Numbered from the stretch's first letter, positions 1 through 17,176 are shown. The stretch is 64,000 nucleotides of DNA from Escherichia coli (GCF_024502345.1 NZ_JALDNN010000001.1); one strand, 5' to 3'. The notes: generated from the sequence alone by a model not told the origin. Translations and numbers: made by a program.

Positions 1-168
1 ACGCGTCATTACTCAGTGGAAAATTGCGCAGAGGAAAGCTGTCGAGACTGCAATAGTTGCATTCGCCCCAGCTTTTCCCTTTCGCGTAGCGCCCTTATTC
101 GCCTGAACGCGGCGAATGCTCGTTTTGTCTATCAACCGTTTACACGCGATCAGCGGGCGAGGGGGTAA
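1..168 (+). CDS. possible 3' end of an upstream ORF cut by the window edge (frame 1 open from nt 1, stop TAA at 166-168)
   Basis: 55 stop-free codons from the window edge, ending 2 nt before the ATG at 171; too short to assign a family. Confidence 0.25.
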   Translation, partial: TRHYSVENCAEESCRDCNSCIRPSFSLSRSALIRLNAANARFVYQPFTRDQRARG

Positions 169-170
169 CT

Positions 171-938
171 ATGCAACCCAGCCCTGCCATGCAGGCATTA
201 ATTGAGCAGATTTATCACACCTTTCGTCGTTATCGGGTGCCGCAGAAATTTGTGGTTTGTTGTGAATATTGCCTGAGTCAGCAGGAACAAAAGGCATTAC
301 GGAGTACATCGTTACGAGCGATCCCGTATTCCTTAATCAATGCCTGGAATAGTAGCCCAGGGCCTGATCCGCAAAATAGCGATGAGGTCCGCTATTTTCT
401 GCCGCGTTTACTGGAATTTGTTGCACAGGGGCATTTTGACAATATTCACGTAGTTTTTTCTCTGCGCCGTATCAACCTTGCCAACAAAGAAAACTGGCGT
501 GCGGATGAACGGGCAATTTTACAGCGATTTGCCTGCCAGTATATGACTGATTGGGTATCCGGCGATGAAGCTGTCGAATTACAGTATATGCTGGAAATGT
601 TTTTCCGTGCCGATATCGCTCTTGCGCCATTGCTGGATGCCATTAATTCAGTTCCCGGCTTTTGGTCGACCGTTTCTCTTGCCTGTTTATTGAACAGATA
701 TTGTGAGGATTATATCAGAGATAACCAGGACGATATCGATAACGCCATTACCACCCAAATCAATGCCTGGGCTAGAAATAATCATCCTTTACTGAAAGAA
801 AGAGCGCGGCAAGCGATTGAGAACCCGCTAAAACAGCCCGAACCAATGACAGAATATCATGTCTGGGAAGATGACTGGATAATTGATGAGTGTTTATGCG
901 CGATGTATGACGCATCATCCGAATCACCAGGAAAATAA
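171..938 (+). CDS. hypothetical soluble protein, 255 aa, no family recognised
   Basis: ORF track; ATG preceded by GAGGGGG; AT-rich relative to glpD; cysteine clusters near both termini (VVCCEYC and ECLCAMY); not recognisable as any K-12 protein of this locus. Confidence 0.55.
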   Translation: MQPSPAMQALIEQIYHTFRRYRVPQKFVVCCEYCLSQQEQKALRSTSLRAIPYSLINAWNSSPGPDPQNSDEVRYFLPRLLEFVAQGHFDNIHVVFSLRRINLANKENWRADERAILQRFACQYMTDWVSGDEAVELQYMLEMFFRADIALAPLLDAINSVPGFWSTVSLACLLNRYCEDYIRDNQDDIDNAITTQINAWARNNHPLLKERARQAIENPLKQPEPMTEYHVWEDDWIIDECLCAMYDASSESPGK

Positions 939-940
939 AA

Positions 941-1546
941 ATGATTAAATTCCGGCTTTATATTCCCCCTGTAATTCTCGGTTTTGTTATCGTGCCATTA
1001 TTGGTATGGCCGACGGTTATTGTCTTAGCCGTACTTATATTCACGTTAACTTTTCTGGCAGAAATAATATTCTCCTTTCCGCTCCTGGTTGTACGTATTT
1101 CTCTTCAGGAATTACAACTTGAGTTAATGGTTGAATATGCACTTTTTTTCAGTGTAATGGCTGGCATCGGTTGGCAATTCTCCCGCAGAACGCCTCCTGA
1201 ATTAAAAAACAGACTGCATTGCTGGCTGGTCTTTTCGCCGGTCTATTTCTGGTTAATTCTCTCGAATTTCATTCTTTATATTTCTCCAGAGAAATCAGCG
1301 TTGCTGGAAAATATCCGAAATTTCTTTCTGACGTTTGTCTGGCCTCCCCTGAATTTTTCCCCTTTTTGGCCGCAGCCTTGGACTGATTTTGTCGGCCCGA
1401 TTAGTGCACAGCTTGGTTTTGCATTGGGATATTATTGCCATTGGTGCAGAAAAAATAGAAACCAGAGGAAGAAGTGGGGCGATTGGGTAACGTGCTTAAG
1501 TTTGGCGATTTTAGCTCAGGGGCCGTTATTCAATTATTTACAATGA
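941..1546 (+). CDS. hypothetical polytopic inner-membrane protein, 201 aa
   Basis: ATG 2 nt after the stop of the previous ORF, AGGAAA upstream; 4-5 hydrophobic helices; basic C-terminal tail (CRKNRNQRKKWG); 35-38% GC in two sampled 60-nt stretches. Confidence 0.5.
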   Translation: MIKFRLYIPPVILGFVIVPLLVWPTVIVLAVLIFTLTFLAEIIFSFPLLVVRISLQELQLELMVEYALFFSVMAGIGWQFSRRTPPELKNRLHCWLVFSPVYFWLILSNFILYISPEKSALLENIRNFFLTFVWPPLNFSPFWPQPWTDFVGPISAQLGFALGYYCHWCRKNRNQRKKWGDWVTCLSLAILAQGPLFNYLQ

Positions 1547-1567
1547 ATAGTCTAAGGAATCCAAATA

Positions 1568-1590
1568 GCCCGGTTGCACTTCAACCGGGC
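1568..1590. terminator. stem-loop (GCCCGGTT-loop-AACCGGGC) in the convergent gap just downstream of the glpD stop
   Basis: inverted repeat read directly; lies between the ends of convergent genes. Confidence 0.4.
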
Positions 1591-1597
1591 ATCATCC

Positions 1598-3103
1598 TTA
1601 CGACGCCAGCGACAACTTCTGCTGCGTATATTCCACCAGCCACTGACTCACACGAGATTGTTGATCCGCATTCAGCCACATGCCTTGTTTTGTGCGACGC
1701 CAAAGGGCATCGTCGGTGCGGCGGACCCATTCGTGATCCACCAGGTATTTCAGTTCCGCTTCGTAGAACTCATGACCGAAATCCTCCCCGAGGTCGCTTA
1801 TCGCCCCCGCATTGCCGAGCAGCAGCTCGCTGTTGCTGCCGTAAGTGCGTGCGTAATGACGCGCCAGCGATTCAGTCAGGAATGGATAGCGACGGCGCAG
1901 ACGAGCTGCGTAATCGTCGCGGTCGCCTTCAATGGCACCACCCGGCAGCACGCTCTCTTTCGTCCATGCCGGGCCAATGCCCTGATAATACGGCGTCAGT
2001 TTTTCCAGCGCATGTTCCGCCAGTTTGCGGTAGGTGGTCAACTTACCGCCGAATACCGACAGCAGCGGTGCTTTGCCGTTTTCATCATGGATATCAAGGG
2101 TGTAATCACGGGTAATAGCCTGCGGCGAGTCGGACTCATCATCACACAGCGGACGCACACCGGAGTAGGTCCAGACGATATCGTCACGGCTTAACTGCTT
2201 TTTAAAGTGCGTGTTATACACTTTCAGCAGGTAATTGATTTCACTCTCTTCAATCTTCACCGCTTTCGGATCGCCTTTGTATTCCACATCGGTGGTGCCG
2301 ATGATGGAAAACTCGTCCATCCACGGGATCACGAACACAATGCGTTTATCTTCGTTTTGCAGAATGTAGGCCTGCTTTTGGGTATGCACGCGCGGCACCA
2401 CAATATGGCTGCCTTTGATCAGGCGAATGCCATAAGGCGAAGGCAGATGCATCCCGTCGTCGAAGAACTGTTTCACCCACGGGCCGGTGGCGTTAACCAA
2501 GCCGCGCGCTTGCCAGCTATATTTTTTGCCGGTATCGATATCTTCCGCTTCCACAATCCACAGGCCGTTTTCGCGGCGAGCAGAGGTGGCGCGAGTCCGA
2601 GTAAGCACTTCGCCGCCTTTACGCACCACCATCTGGGCGTTGGCGAGTACCAGACGGGCGTCGTCTACCCAACAGTCAGAATATTCGAATCCGCGCTTAA
2701 TTTCCGGTTTTAACACTGAATTTGCGCCAAAACGCAAACCGGTTGATCCCGGCAGGCTGGTGCGTTTACCCAGATGATCGTACATAAACAGACCAATGCG
2801 AATCATCCACGCCGGGCGCAGATGCGGACGATGTGGCAGGCGAAAACGCATCGGGAAGGCGATATGCGGAGCCATTTTCAGCAGCACTTCACGTTCAGCC
2901 AGCGCCTCGCTGACCAGGCGGAATTCATAGTGCTCAAGGTAGCGCAGGCCACCGTGAATGAGTTTTGAACTGGCGGAAGAGGTCGCGCAAGCGAGATCCT
3001 GCGCCTCCAGCATCAGCACGGATAAACCGCGTCCAGCGGCGTCTGCCGCGATACCAGCACCATTGATGCCGCCACCTATCACAATCAGATCTTTGGTTTC
3101 CAT
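1598..3103 (-). CDS. glpD: aerobic glycerol-3-phosphate dehydrogenase (FAD-dependent)
   Basis: 501-aa product from METKDLIVIGGGINGAGIA (FAD-binding GxGxxG); ORF track extends 5 codons upstream; matches K-12 GlpD from memory. Confidence 0.95.
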   Translation of the reverse strand: METKDLIVIGGGINGAGIAADAAGRGLSVLMLEAQDLACATSSASSKLIHGGLRYLEHYEFRLVSEALAEREVLLKMAPHIAFPMRFRLPHRPHLRPAWMIRIGLFMYDHLGKRTSLPGSTGLRFGANSVLKPEIKRGFEYSDCWVDDARLVLANAQMVVRKGGEVLTRTRATSARRENGLWIVEAEDIDTGKKYSWQARGLVNATGPWVKQFFDDGMHLPSPYGIRLIKGSHIVVPRVHTQKQAYILQNEDKRIVFVIPWMDEFSIIGTTDVEYKGDPKAVKIEESEINYLLKVYNTHFKKQLSRDDIVWTYSGVRPLCDDESDSPQAITRDYTLDIHDENGKAPLLSVFGGKLTTYRKLAEHALEKLTPYYQGIGPAWTKESVLPGGAIEGDRDDYAARLRRRYPFLTESLARHYARTYGSNSELLLGNAGAISDLGEDFGHEFYEAELKYLVDHEWVRRTDDALWRRTKQGMWLNADQQSRVSQWLVEYTQQKLSLAS

Positions 3104-3136
3104 GCTGCCCTCATTCACTTTCGTTAAAGCTCATAA

Positions 3137-3154
3137 ATGTTCGTTATCGAACAT
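3137..3154. promoter_or_regulatory. GlpR operator-like palindrome (ATGTTCGTTATCGAACAT) in the glpD / glpEGR divergent control region
   Basis: perfect-ish inverted repeat of the TGTTCG...CGAACA type in the divergent intergenic region. Confidence 0.5.
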
Positions 3155-3214
3155 ATTAGCAAAGAATCGCCCTTTAGGTAACATTGAAAAAACATTTTAG
3201 AGTGATATGTATAA

Positions 3215-3619
<405 letters not shown>

Positions 3620-3651
3620 CGCTTTATACTGTCCCCTTTTGTGTGGAATAA

Positions 3652-4494
<843 letters not shown>

Positions 4495-4510
4495 TTCCAG
4501 GGATTTATAA

Positions 4511-5269
4511 ATGAAACAAACACAACGTCACAACGGTATTATCGAACTGGTTAAACAGCAGGGTTATGTCAGTACTGAAGAGCTGGTAGAGCATTTCTCC
4601 GTCAGCCCGCAGACTATTCGCCGCGACCTCAATGAGCTGGCGGAGCAAAACCTGATCCTGCGTCACCATGGCGGTGCGGCGCTGCCTTCCAGTTCGGTTA
4701 ACACGCCGTGGCACGATCGTAAAGCCACCCAGACCGAAGAAAAAGAGCGTATTGCCCGCAAAGTGGCGGAGCAAATCCCCAACGGCTCGACGCTGTTTAT
4801 CGATATCGGCACCACCCCGGAAGCGGTGGCGCACGCGCTGCTTAATCACAGCAATTTGCGCATTGTCACCAACAATCTCAACGTCGCTAACACGTTGATG
4901 GTAAAAGAAGATTTTCGCATTATTCTCGCCGGTGGCGAATTACGTAGCCGCGATGGTGGGATCATAGGTGAAGCGACGCTCGATTTTATCTCCCAGTTCC
5001 GCCTTGATTTCGGCATTCTGGGGATAAGCGGCATCGATAGCGACGGCTCGCTGCTGGAGTTCGATTACCACGAAGTTCGCACCAAACGCGCCATTATTGA
5101 GAACTCGCGCCACGTTATGCTGGTTGTCGATCACTCGAAATTTGGCCGTAACGCGATGGTCAATATGGGCAGCATCAGCATGGTAGATGCCGTCTACACC
5201 GACGCCCAGCCGCCAGTAAGCGTGATGCAGGTGCTGACGGACCACCATATTCAACTGGAGCTGTGCTGA
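4511..5269 (+). CDS. glpR: DeoR-family repressor of the glycerol-3-phosphate regulon
   Basis: 252 aa; N-terminal HTH, DeoR-type C-terminal domain; gene order glpEGR. Confidence 0.93.
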   Translation: MKQTQRHNGIIELVKQQGYVSTEELVEHFSVSPQTIRRDLNELAEQNLILRHHGGAALPSSSVNTPWHDRKATQTEEKERIARKVAEQIPNGSTLFIDIGTTPEAVAHALLNHSNLRIVTNNLNVANTLMVKEDFRIILAGGELRSRDGGIIGEATLDFISQFRLDFGILGISGIDSDGSLLEFDYHEVRTKRAIIENSRHVMLVVDHSKFGRNAMVNMGSISMVDAVYTDAQPPVSVMQVLTDHHIQLELC

Positions 5270-6849
5270 TCCTGCAATGCTTCCCAGGTCAGACCAAAAC
5301 GCGCCAGGTATTTGCGTAGCCGATCCGCGTCATTGACGCTGGCTTTGCCCTGGCGCGAAACATCAAAAAGCTGTCGTCCGGCAGCAGAAAGCGACTTTGC
5401 CTGGCGGCAGATAGCGATAACGTGTTCCAGTTGCATACGGTCGAAGAGATCGATGTTTTCTGCCTCTGCGCCCAGCAACGCCGTAAGCGCGGAGGGGCGG
5501 CTCTCCTGCCAGTTAAAGCGCAGACGGTTTATCTCATCTTCAACCACGTCCAGAGTAATGCGTCCGCTAGAGGCAAAGGTTGCCATTCGCGTGACGCTGG
5601 CAGAAAGCTCGCGAAAGTTACCGCGCCATGTTGCCTGGGGAGATGTCGCAAAGGCCAGCCAGGCGCGCCGCGCTTCGGTGTTAAAACGCACGCTGTCGCC
5701 GGTGAGTGAAGCGTGGCGCTCCACTTCATAATCCAGGTTAGGTTCAATATCTTCCTGGCGCTGGCGTAGCCCCGGCAGGGTGAAGGTCCAGAGATTGATC
5801 CGCGCGTACAGGTCTTCGCGAAATTTTCCTTCGGCAACCAGCTGGCGCAAATCACGCACCGTTCCGGCGATAAGCTGAAAATCACTGCTCACCTGGCGAT
5901 CGCTGCCAAACGGATAAAAGGTTTTTTCTTCAATGGCTTTAAGCAGCATTGCCTGTTCGTCTGCGCCCAGTTCGCCAATCTCATCAAGAAACAACATTCC
6001 ACCGTTGGCGCTACGTAATAATCCTTCACGGGATTCCCGCGCCCCGGTAAACGCGCCTTTTACATGACCAAACAGCGTCGACATGGCGGTATCGCCGCGC
6101 AGGGTTGCGCAGTTCACTTCCACAAACGCGCCGCTAAACTGATGCCGCGCCTGTTTTAATTCAAATATACGTCGCGCCAGAAATGACTTGCCCGCACCGG
6201 TTGGGCCGTTTAGCAGGATCGGTGCGCGGGATTTAATCGCCACTTTTTCAATCTGCTCAATCATGCGGTTGAAGTGCGGGTTACGCGTGGCAATGCCGGA
6301 CTTAAGAAAATCAAGCGTTTGCTGGCGTTCCTCGGCAAAGCGGCTGGCGATGGCGTTATAACGGCTTAAATCGAGATCGATAATCGTCACTTCACCTGCG
6401 CCGCGCGGCTGTTCTTTTTTGCGCGGAGGTGAAGATTGTATCAACCGGGCGGGCAGGTAACGCGCTTCCGCCAGCAGAAACCAGCAAATCTGCGCGACGT
6501 GGGTGCCGGTGGTGATGTGAATTAAATAGTCTTCTTTTTCTGGCTGAAACTCGTAACCACGGGCGAAATCATGCAGGCAGGCGTAAACCTCTTCGAAATC
6601 CCACGGGTTATGCAGTTCAATCTCAACGCTCACCACTTCTGTTTCTGGCGAAACGCTGGCGATATCGCGTTTAAGCGTTTCAAATAGCGAGCGCGAGCGG
6701 GCGTCATGCAATAATTCCAGTCGATCGATGACCAACGATTCTTGCTGGCATAAACAGAGTGTCGGACGCCATTTCGACCAGCGCTGACTGCCGCGCCCGG
6801 CATAATCCAGCACCGTTCCGACAAAGCCAAAAGCCACTGTTTTACGCAT
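5251..6849 (-). CDS. rtcR: sigma-54-dependent transcriptional activator of rtcBA
   Basis: 532 aa; Walker A GPTGAGKS and GAFTGA signature of bacterial enhancer-binding proteins; 3' end overlaps glpR by 19 nt (convergent). Confidence 0.93.
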   Translation of the reverse strand: MRKTVAFGFVGTVLDYAGRGSQRWSKWRPTLCLCQQESLVIDRLELLHDARSRSLFETLKRDIASVSPETEVVSVEIELHNPWDFEEVYACLHDFARGYEFQPEKEDYLIHITTGTHVAQICWFLLAEARYLPARLIQSSPPRKKEQPRGAGEVTIIDLDLSRYNAIASRFAEERQQTLDFLKSGIATRNPHFNRMIEQIEKVAIKSRAPILLNGPTGAGKSFLARRIFELKQARHQFSGAFVEVNCATLRGDTAMSTLFGHVKGAFTGARESREGLLRSANGGMLFLDEIGELGADEQAMLLKAIEEKTFYPFGSDRQVSSDFQLIAGTVRDLRQLVAEGKFREDLYARINLWTFTLPGLRQRQEDIEPNLDYEVERHASLTGDSVRFNTEARRAWLAFATSPQATWRGNFRELSASVTRMATFASSGRITLDVVEDEINRLRFNWQESRPSALTALLGAEAENIDLFDRMQLEHVIAICRQAKSLSAAGRQLFDVSRQGKASVNDADRLRKYLARFGLTWEALQDQHSSS

Positions 6850-6983
6850 CTTAGATATCCTTATAAAAGACGATATTTCATTATCGGTGAATTGGTTTTG
6901 TGGAAAATCTCCGTTTACGGACGTAAAGATTTAACCTATTTAAAAACAATGAATTAAAAAATTAATCTGCTTATTTAATTTTC

Positions 6984-6999
6984 TGGCACGACGGTTGCA
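6984..6999 (+). promoter_or_regulatory. sigma-54 (-24/-12) promoter for rtcBA: TGGCAC-N5-TTGCA
   Basis: exact TGGCACgacggTTGCA about 40 nt upstream of the rtcB ATG, next to a divergent sigma-54 activator gene. Confidence 0.75.
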
Positions 7000-7037
7000 A
7001 TTATCACGACAGCAAACAACGAAAAGAGAAAAACAAA

Positions 7038-8264
7038 ATGAATTACGAATTACTGACCACTGAAAATGCCCCGGTAAAAATGTGGACCAAAGGCGTGCCG
7101 GTAGAAGCCGATGCGCGTCAGCAACTTATTAATACGGCGAAGATGCCGTTTATTTTCAAACATATTGCGGTAATGCCTGATGTACACCTGGGTAAAGGTT
7201 CCACCATTGGTAGCGTGATCCCGACCAAAGGGGCGATTATTCCGGCGGCGGTGGGCGTGGATATTGGCTGTGGAATGAACGCGCTGCGTACCGCGTTAAC
7301 GGCGGCAGACCTGCCTGAAAACCTGGCAGAGCTGCGTCAGGCGATTGAAACTGCGGTGCCGCACGGACGTACCACTGGCCGTTGTAAACGTGATAAAGGC
7401 GCATGGGAAAACCCGCCTGTTAACGTCGATGCGAAATGGGCTGAGCTTGAAGCCGATTATCAGTGGTTAACGCAAAAATATCCGCGTTTCCTTAACACTA
7501 ACAACTATAAACACCTGGGAACGCTGGGAACGGGTAACCACTTTATTGAAATCTGCCTTGATGAGTCGGACCAGGTGTGGATTATGCTGCACTCCGGTTC
7601 ACGCGGAATTGGTAACGCCATCGGGACTTACTTTATCGATTTGGCACAAAAAGAGATGCAGGACCAGCTTGAAACGTTGCCATCGCGCGACCTGGCGTAC
7701 TTTATGGAAGGTACGGAATACTTTGATGATTACCTAAGAGCCGTGGCCTGGGCGCAGCTTTTCGCCAGCCTTAACCGCGATGCGATGATGGAAAACGTGG
7801 TAACGGCGTTGCAGAGCATTACGCAGAAAACGGTCAGACAGCCACAAACGCTGGCGATGGAAGAGATCAACTGTCACCACAACTATGTGCAAAAAGAACA
7901 GCACTTTGGTGAAGAGATCTACGTGACGCGTAAAGGCGCGGTGTCTGCGCGTGCTGGTCAATATGGAATTATTCCCGGTTCGATGGGAGCAAAAAGCTTT
8001 ATCGTCCGTGGGCTGGGAAATGAAGAGTCGTTCTGTTCGTGCAGCCACGGTGCCGGGCGGGTAATGAGCCGTACTAAAGCGAAAAAACTGTTCAGCGTGG
8101 AAGATCAAATTCGTGCTACCGCGCATGTGGAATGCCGTAAAGATGCCGAAGTGATCGACGAAATCCCGATGGCGTATAAAGATATTGATGCGGTGATGGC
8201 GGCACAAAGCGATCTGGTGGAAGTTATCTACACCCTGCGTCAGGTGGTGTGCGTAAAAGGATAA
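7038..8264 (+). CDS. rtcB: RNA-splicing ligase RtcB (3'-phosphate/5'-hydroxyl RNA ligase)
   Basis: 408 aa; RtcB family recognised by sequence and by context with rtcA and rtcR. Confidence 0.93.
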   Translation: MNYELLTTENAPVKMWTKGVPVEADARQQLINTAKMPFIFKHIAVMPDVHLGKGSTIGSVIPTKGAIIPAAVGVDIGCGMNALRTALTAADLPENLAELRQAIETAVPHGRTTGRCKRDKGAWENPPVNVDAKWAELEADYQWLTQKYPRFLNTNNYKHLGTLGTGNHFIEICLDESDQVWIMLHSGSRGIGNAIGTYFIDLAQKEMQDQLETLPSRDLAYFMEGTEYFDDYLRAVAWAQLFASLNRDAMMENVVTALQSITQKTVRQPQTLAMEEINCHHNYVQKEQHFGEEIYVTRKGAVSARAGQYGIIPGSMGAKSFIVRGLGNEESFCSCSHGAGRVMSRTKAKKLFSVEDQIRATAHVECRKDAEVIDEIPMAYKDIDAVMAAQSDLVEVIYTLRQVVCVKG

Positions 8265-9284
<1,020 letters not shown>

Positions 9285-9297
9285 TGTAAAGATGTAA

Positions 9298-9321
9298 GCC
9301 GGATCCAATGCATTATCCGGC
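9298..9321. terminator. palindromic hairpin (GCCGGAT...ATCCGGC) between convergent rtcA and malT
   Basis: inverted repeat read directly in the 42-nt convergent gap. Confidence 0.4.
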
Positions 9322-9326
9322 TAAAC

Positions 9327-12038
<2,712 letters not shown>

Positions 12039-12531
12039 TCACTTCACTGTGGAAAATGAGGAAATATTATTTTTTTTTGCGCTTCGTAATTAATGGTTAT
12101 AAGGTCGGCCAGAAACCTTTCTAATGCAAGCGATGACGTTTTTTTATGTGTCTGAATTTGCACTGTGTCACAATTCCAAATCTTTATTAACAACTCACCT
12201 AAAACGACGCTGATCCAGCGTGAATACTGGTTTCCCTTATGTTCATCAGATTCATTTAAGCAAGGGTTTCTTCTTCATTCCTGATGAAAGTGCCATCTAT
12301 AAAGATGATCTTAATAAATCTATTAAGAATGAGATGGAGCACACTGGATATTTTACTTGTGAAACTGTTTCACTCCTTTACTTAATTTATAGAGTTACCT
12401 TCCGCTTTTTGAAAATACGCAACGGCCATTTTTTGCACTTAGATACAGATTTTCTGCGCTGTATTGCATTGATTTGCTGCTAATCCTGTGGTTTGCACTA
12501 GCTTTAAGTGGTTGAGATCACATTTCCTTGC

Positions 12532-12573
12532 TCATCCCCGCAACTCCTCCCTGCCTAATCCCCCGCAGGATGA
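12532..12573 (+). promoter_or_regulatory. MalT boxes (GGATGA and its complement TCATCC) in the malPQ promoter region
   Basis: two copies of the GGA(T/G)GA hexamer in opposite orientation 70-110 nt upstream of malP. Confidence 0.45.
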
Positions 12574-12620
12574 GGAAGGTCAACATCGAGCCTGGCAAAC
12601 TAGCGATAACGTTGTGTTGA

Positions 12621-15038
<2,418 letters not shown>

Positions 15039-15047
15039 GGAAGCTCG

Positions 15048-17132
15048 ATGGAAAGCAAACGTCTGGATAATGCCGCGCTGGCGGCGGGGATTAGCCCCAA
15101 TTACATCAATGCCCACGGTAAACCGCAGTCGATTAGCGCCGAAACCAAACGGCGTTTGCTTGACGCGATGCATCAACGTACCGCCACGAAAGTGGCGGTA
15201 ACGCCAGTCCCGAATGTCATGGTTTATACCAGCGGCAAAAAAATGCCGATGGTGGTGGAGGGCAGCGGCGAATATAGCTGGCTGCTGACCACCGAAGAAG
15301 GAACACAGTACAAAGGCCATGTAACGGGGGGCAAAGCGTTCAATCTACCGACGAAGTTGCCGGAAGGTTATCACACGCTGACACTCACCCAGGACGACCA
15401 GCGCGCGCATTGCCGGGTGATTGTCGCCCCGAAACGCTGTTACGAACCGCAGGCGTTGCTGAATAAACAAAAGCTGTGGGGTGCCTGCGTTCAGCTTTAT
15501 ACGCTGCGATCGGAAAAAAACTGGGGTATTGGGGATTTTGGCGATCTCAAAGCGATGCTGGTGGATGTGGCAAAACGTGGCGGGTCGTTCATCGGCCTGA
15601 ACCCGATTCATGCGCTCTATCCGGCAAATCCGGAGAGTGCCAGCCCATACAGCCCGTCTTCTCGCCGTTGGCTGAATGTGATTTATATCGACGTTAACGC
15701 CGTTGAAGATTTCCATCTTAGCGAAGAGGCTCAGGCCTGGTGGCAGTTGCCGACCACGCAACAGACGCTGCAACAGGCGCGCGATGCCGACTGGGTCGAT
15801 TACTCCACGGTTACCGCCCTAAAAATGACAGCATTACGAATGGCGTGGAAAGGTTTCGCGCAACGTGATGATGAGCAGATGGCCGCGTTTCGCCAGTTTG
15901 TTGCAGAGCAGGGCGACAGCCTGTTCTGGCAGGCAGCCTTTGATGCGCTACATGCCCAGCAAGTGAAAGAGGACGAAATGCGCTGGGGCTGGCCTGCATG
16001 GCCAGAGATGTATCAGAACGTGGATTCACCAGAAGTGCGTCAGTTCTGCGAAGAACATCGTAATGACGTCGATTTTTATCTCTGGTTGCAGTGGCTGGCT
16101 TACAGCCAGTTTGCCGCCTGCTGGGAGATAAGCCAGGGCTATGAAATGCCGATTGGCTTGTATCGTGATCTGGCGGTTGGCGTAGCGGAAGGTGGGGCGG
16201 AAACCTGGTGTGACCGTGAACTATATTGCCTGAAAGCGTCGGTTGGCGCGCCGCCGGATATCCTCGGCCCGTTGGGGCAGAACTGGGGATTACCGCCAAT
16301 GGACCCGCATATCATCACCGCGCGTGCCTATGAACCGTTTATCGAGCTGTTGCGTGCCAATATGCAAAACTGCGGCGCATTACGAATTGACCATGTGATG
16401 TCGATGCTGCGTTTGTGGTGGATACCGTATGGCGAGACGGCAGATCAGGGCGCGTATGTTCACTATCCGGTGGATGATCTGCTCTCGATTCTGGCACTCG
16501 AAAGTAAACGTCATCGCTGTATGGTGATTGGTGAAGATCTCGGTACCGTACCGGTAGAGATTGTCGGTAAGCTGCGCAGCAGCGGTGTGTACTCCTACAA
16601 AGTGCTCTATTTCGAAAACGACCACGAGAAGACGTTCCGTGCACCGAAAGCGTATCCGGAGCAGTCGATGGCGGTTGCGGCGACACATGACCTGCCTACG
16701 CTACGCGGCTACTGGGAGAGCGGGGATCTAACGCTGGGCAAAACCCTGGGGCTGTATCCGGATGAAGTGGTACTGCGCGGTCTGTATCAGGATCGCGAAC
16801 TGGCGAAGCAAGGGCTGCTGGATGCACTGCATAAATATGGTTGTCTGCCAAAACGTGCCGGGCATAAGGCATCGTTGATGTCGATGACGCCGACGCTGAA
16901 CCGTGGTTTGCAGCGCTACATTGCCGACAGTAACAGTGCTCTGTTAGGACTACAGCCGGAAGACTGGCTGGATATGGCCGAACCGGTGAATATTCCTGGC
17001 ACCAGTTACCAGTATAAAAACTGGCGACGCAAGCTTTCCGCAACGCTTGAGACGATGTTTGCCGATGATGGCGTGAACAAGTTGCTGAAGGATTTGGACA
17101 GACGGCGCAGAGCTGCAGCGAAGAAGAAGTAG
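15048..17132 (+). CDS. malQ: 4-alpha-glucanotransferase (amylomaltase)
   Basis: 694 aa; follows malP in the same orientation. Confidence 0.95.
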   Translation: MESKRLDNAALAAGISPNYINAHGKPQSISAETKRRLLDAMHQRTATKVAVTPVPNVMVYTSGKKMPMVVEGSGEYSWLLTTEEGTQYKGHVTGGKAFNLPTKLPEGYHTLTLTQDDQRAHCRVIVAPKRCYEPQALLNKQKLWGACVQLYTLRSEKNWGIGDFGDLKAMLVDVAKRGGSFIGLNPIHALYPANPESASPYSPSSRRWLNVIYIDVNAVEDFHLSEEAQAWWQLPTTQQTLQQARDADWVDYSTVTALKMTALRMAWKGFAQRDDEQMAAFRQFVAEQGDSLFWQAAFDALHAQQVKEDEMRWGWPAWPEMYQNVDSPEVRQFCEEHRNDVDFYLWLQWLAYSQFAACWEISQGYEMPIGLYRDLAVGVAEGGAETWCDRELYCLKASVGAPPDILGPLGQNWGLPPMDPHIITARAYEPFIELLRANMQNCGALRIDHVMSMLRLWWIPYGETADQGAYVHYPVDDLLSILALESKRHRCMVIGEDLGTVPVEIVGKLRSSGVYSYKVLYFENDHEKTFRAPKAYPEQSMAVAATHDLPTLRGYWESGDLTLGKTLGLYPDEVVLRGLYQDRELAKQGLLDALHKYGCLPKRAGHKASLMSMTPTLNRGLQRYIADSNSALLGLQPEDWLDMAEPVNIPGTSYQYKNWRRKLSATLETMFADDGVNKLLKDLDRRRRAAAKKK

Positions 17133-17143
17133 AGTGCGGTTGA

Positions 17144-17166
17144 TGCCGGATGCGATGCATCCGGCA
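17144..17166. terminator. perfect palindrome TGCCGGATGC-GAT-GCATCCGGCA between convergent malQ and gntT
   Basis: inverted repeat read directly; REP-like GC-rich hairpin. Confidence 0.45.
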
Positions 17167-17176
17167 GTCAGTGTTA

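Noticed and set aside
1474-2194. Two plus-strand ORFs (213 and 206 aa) overlapping the 3' half of glpD
   Set aside because: Antisense to glpD; they begin inside or at the edge of the accessory cassette only by read-through and have no start context.
12220-12483. 87-aa ORF in the malT-malP divergent intergenic region
   Set aside because: AT-rich promoter DNA carrying the malT and malPQ regulatory sites; implausible composition; the intergenic length (612 bp) is what I recall for K-12, so no inserted gene is needed.
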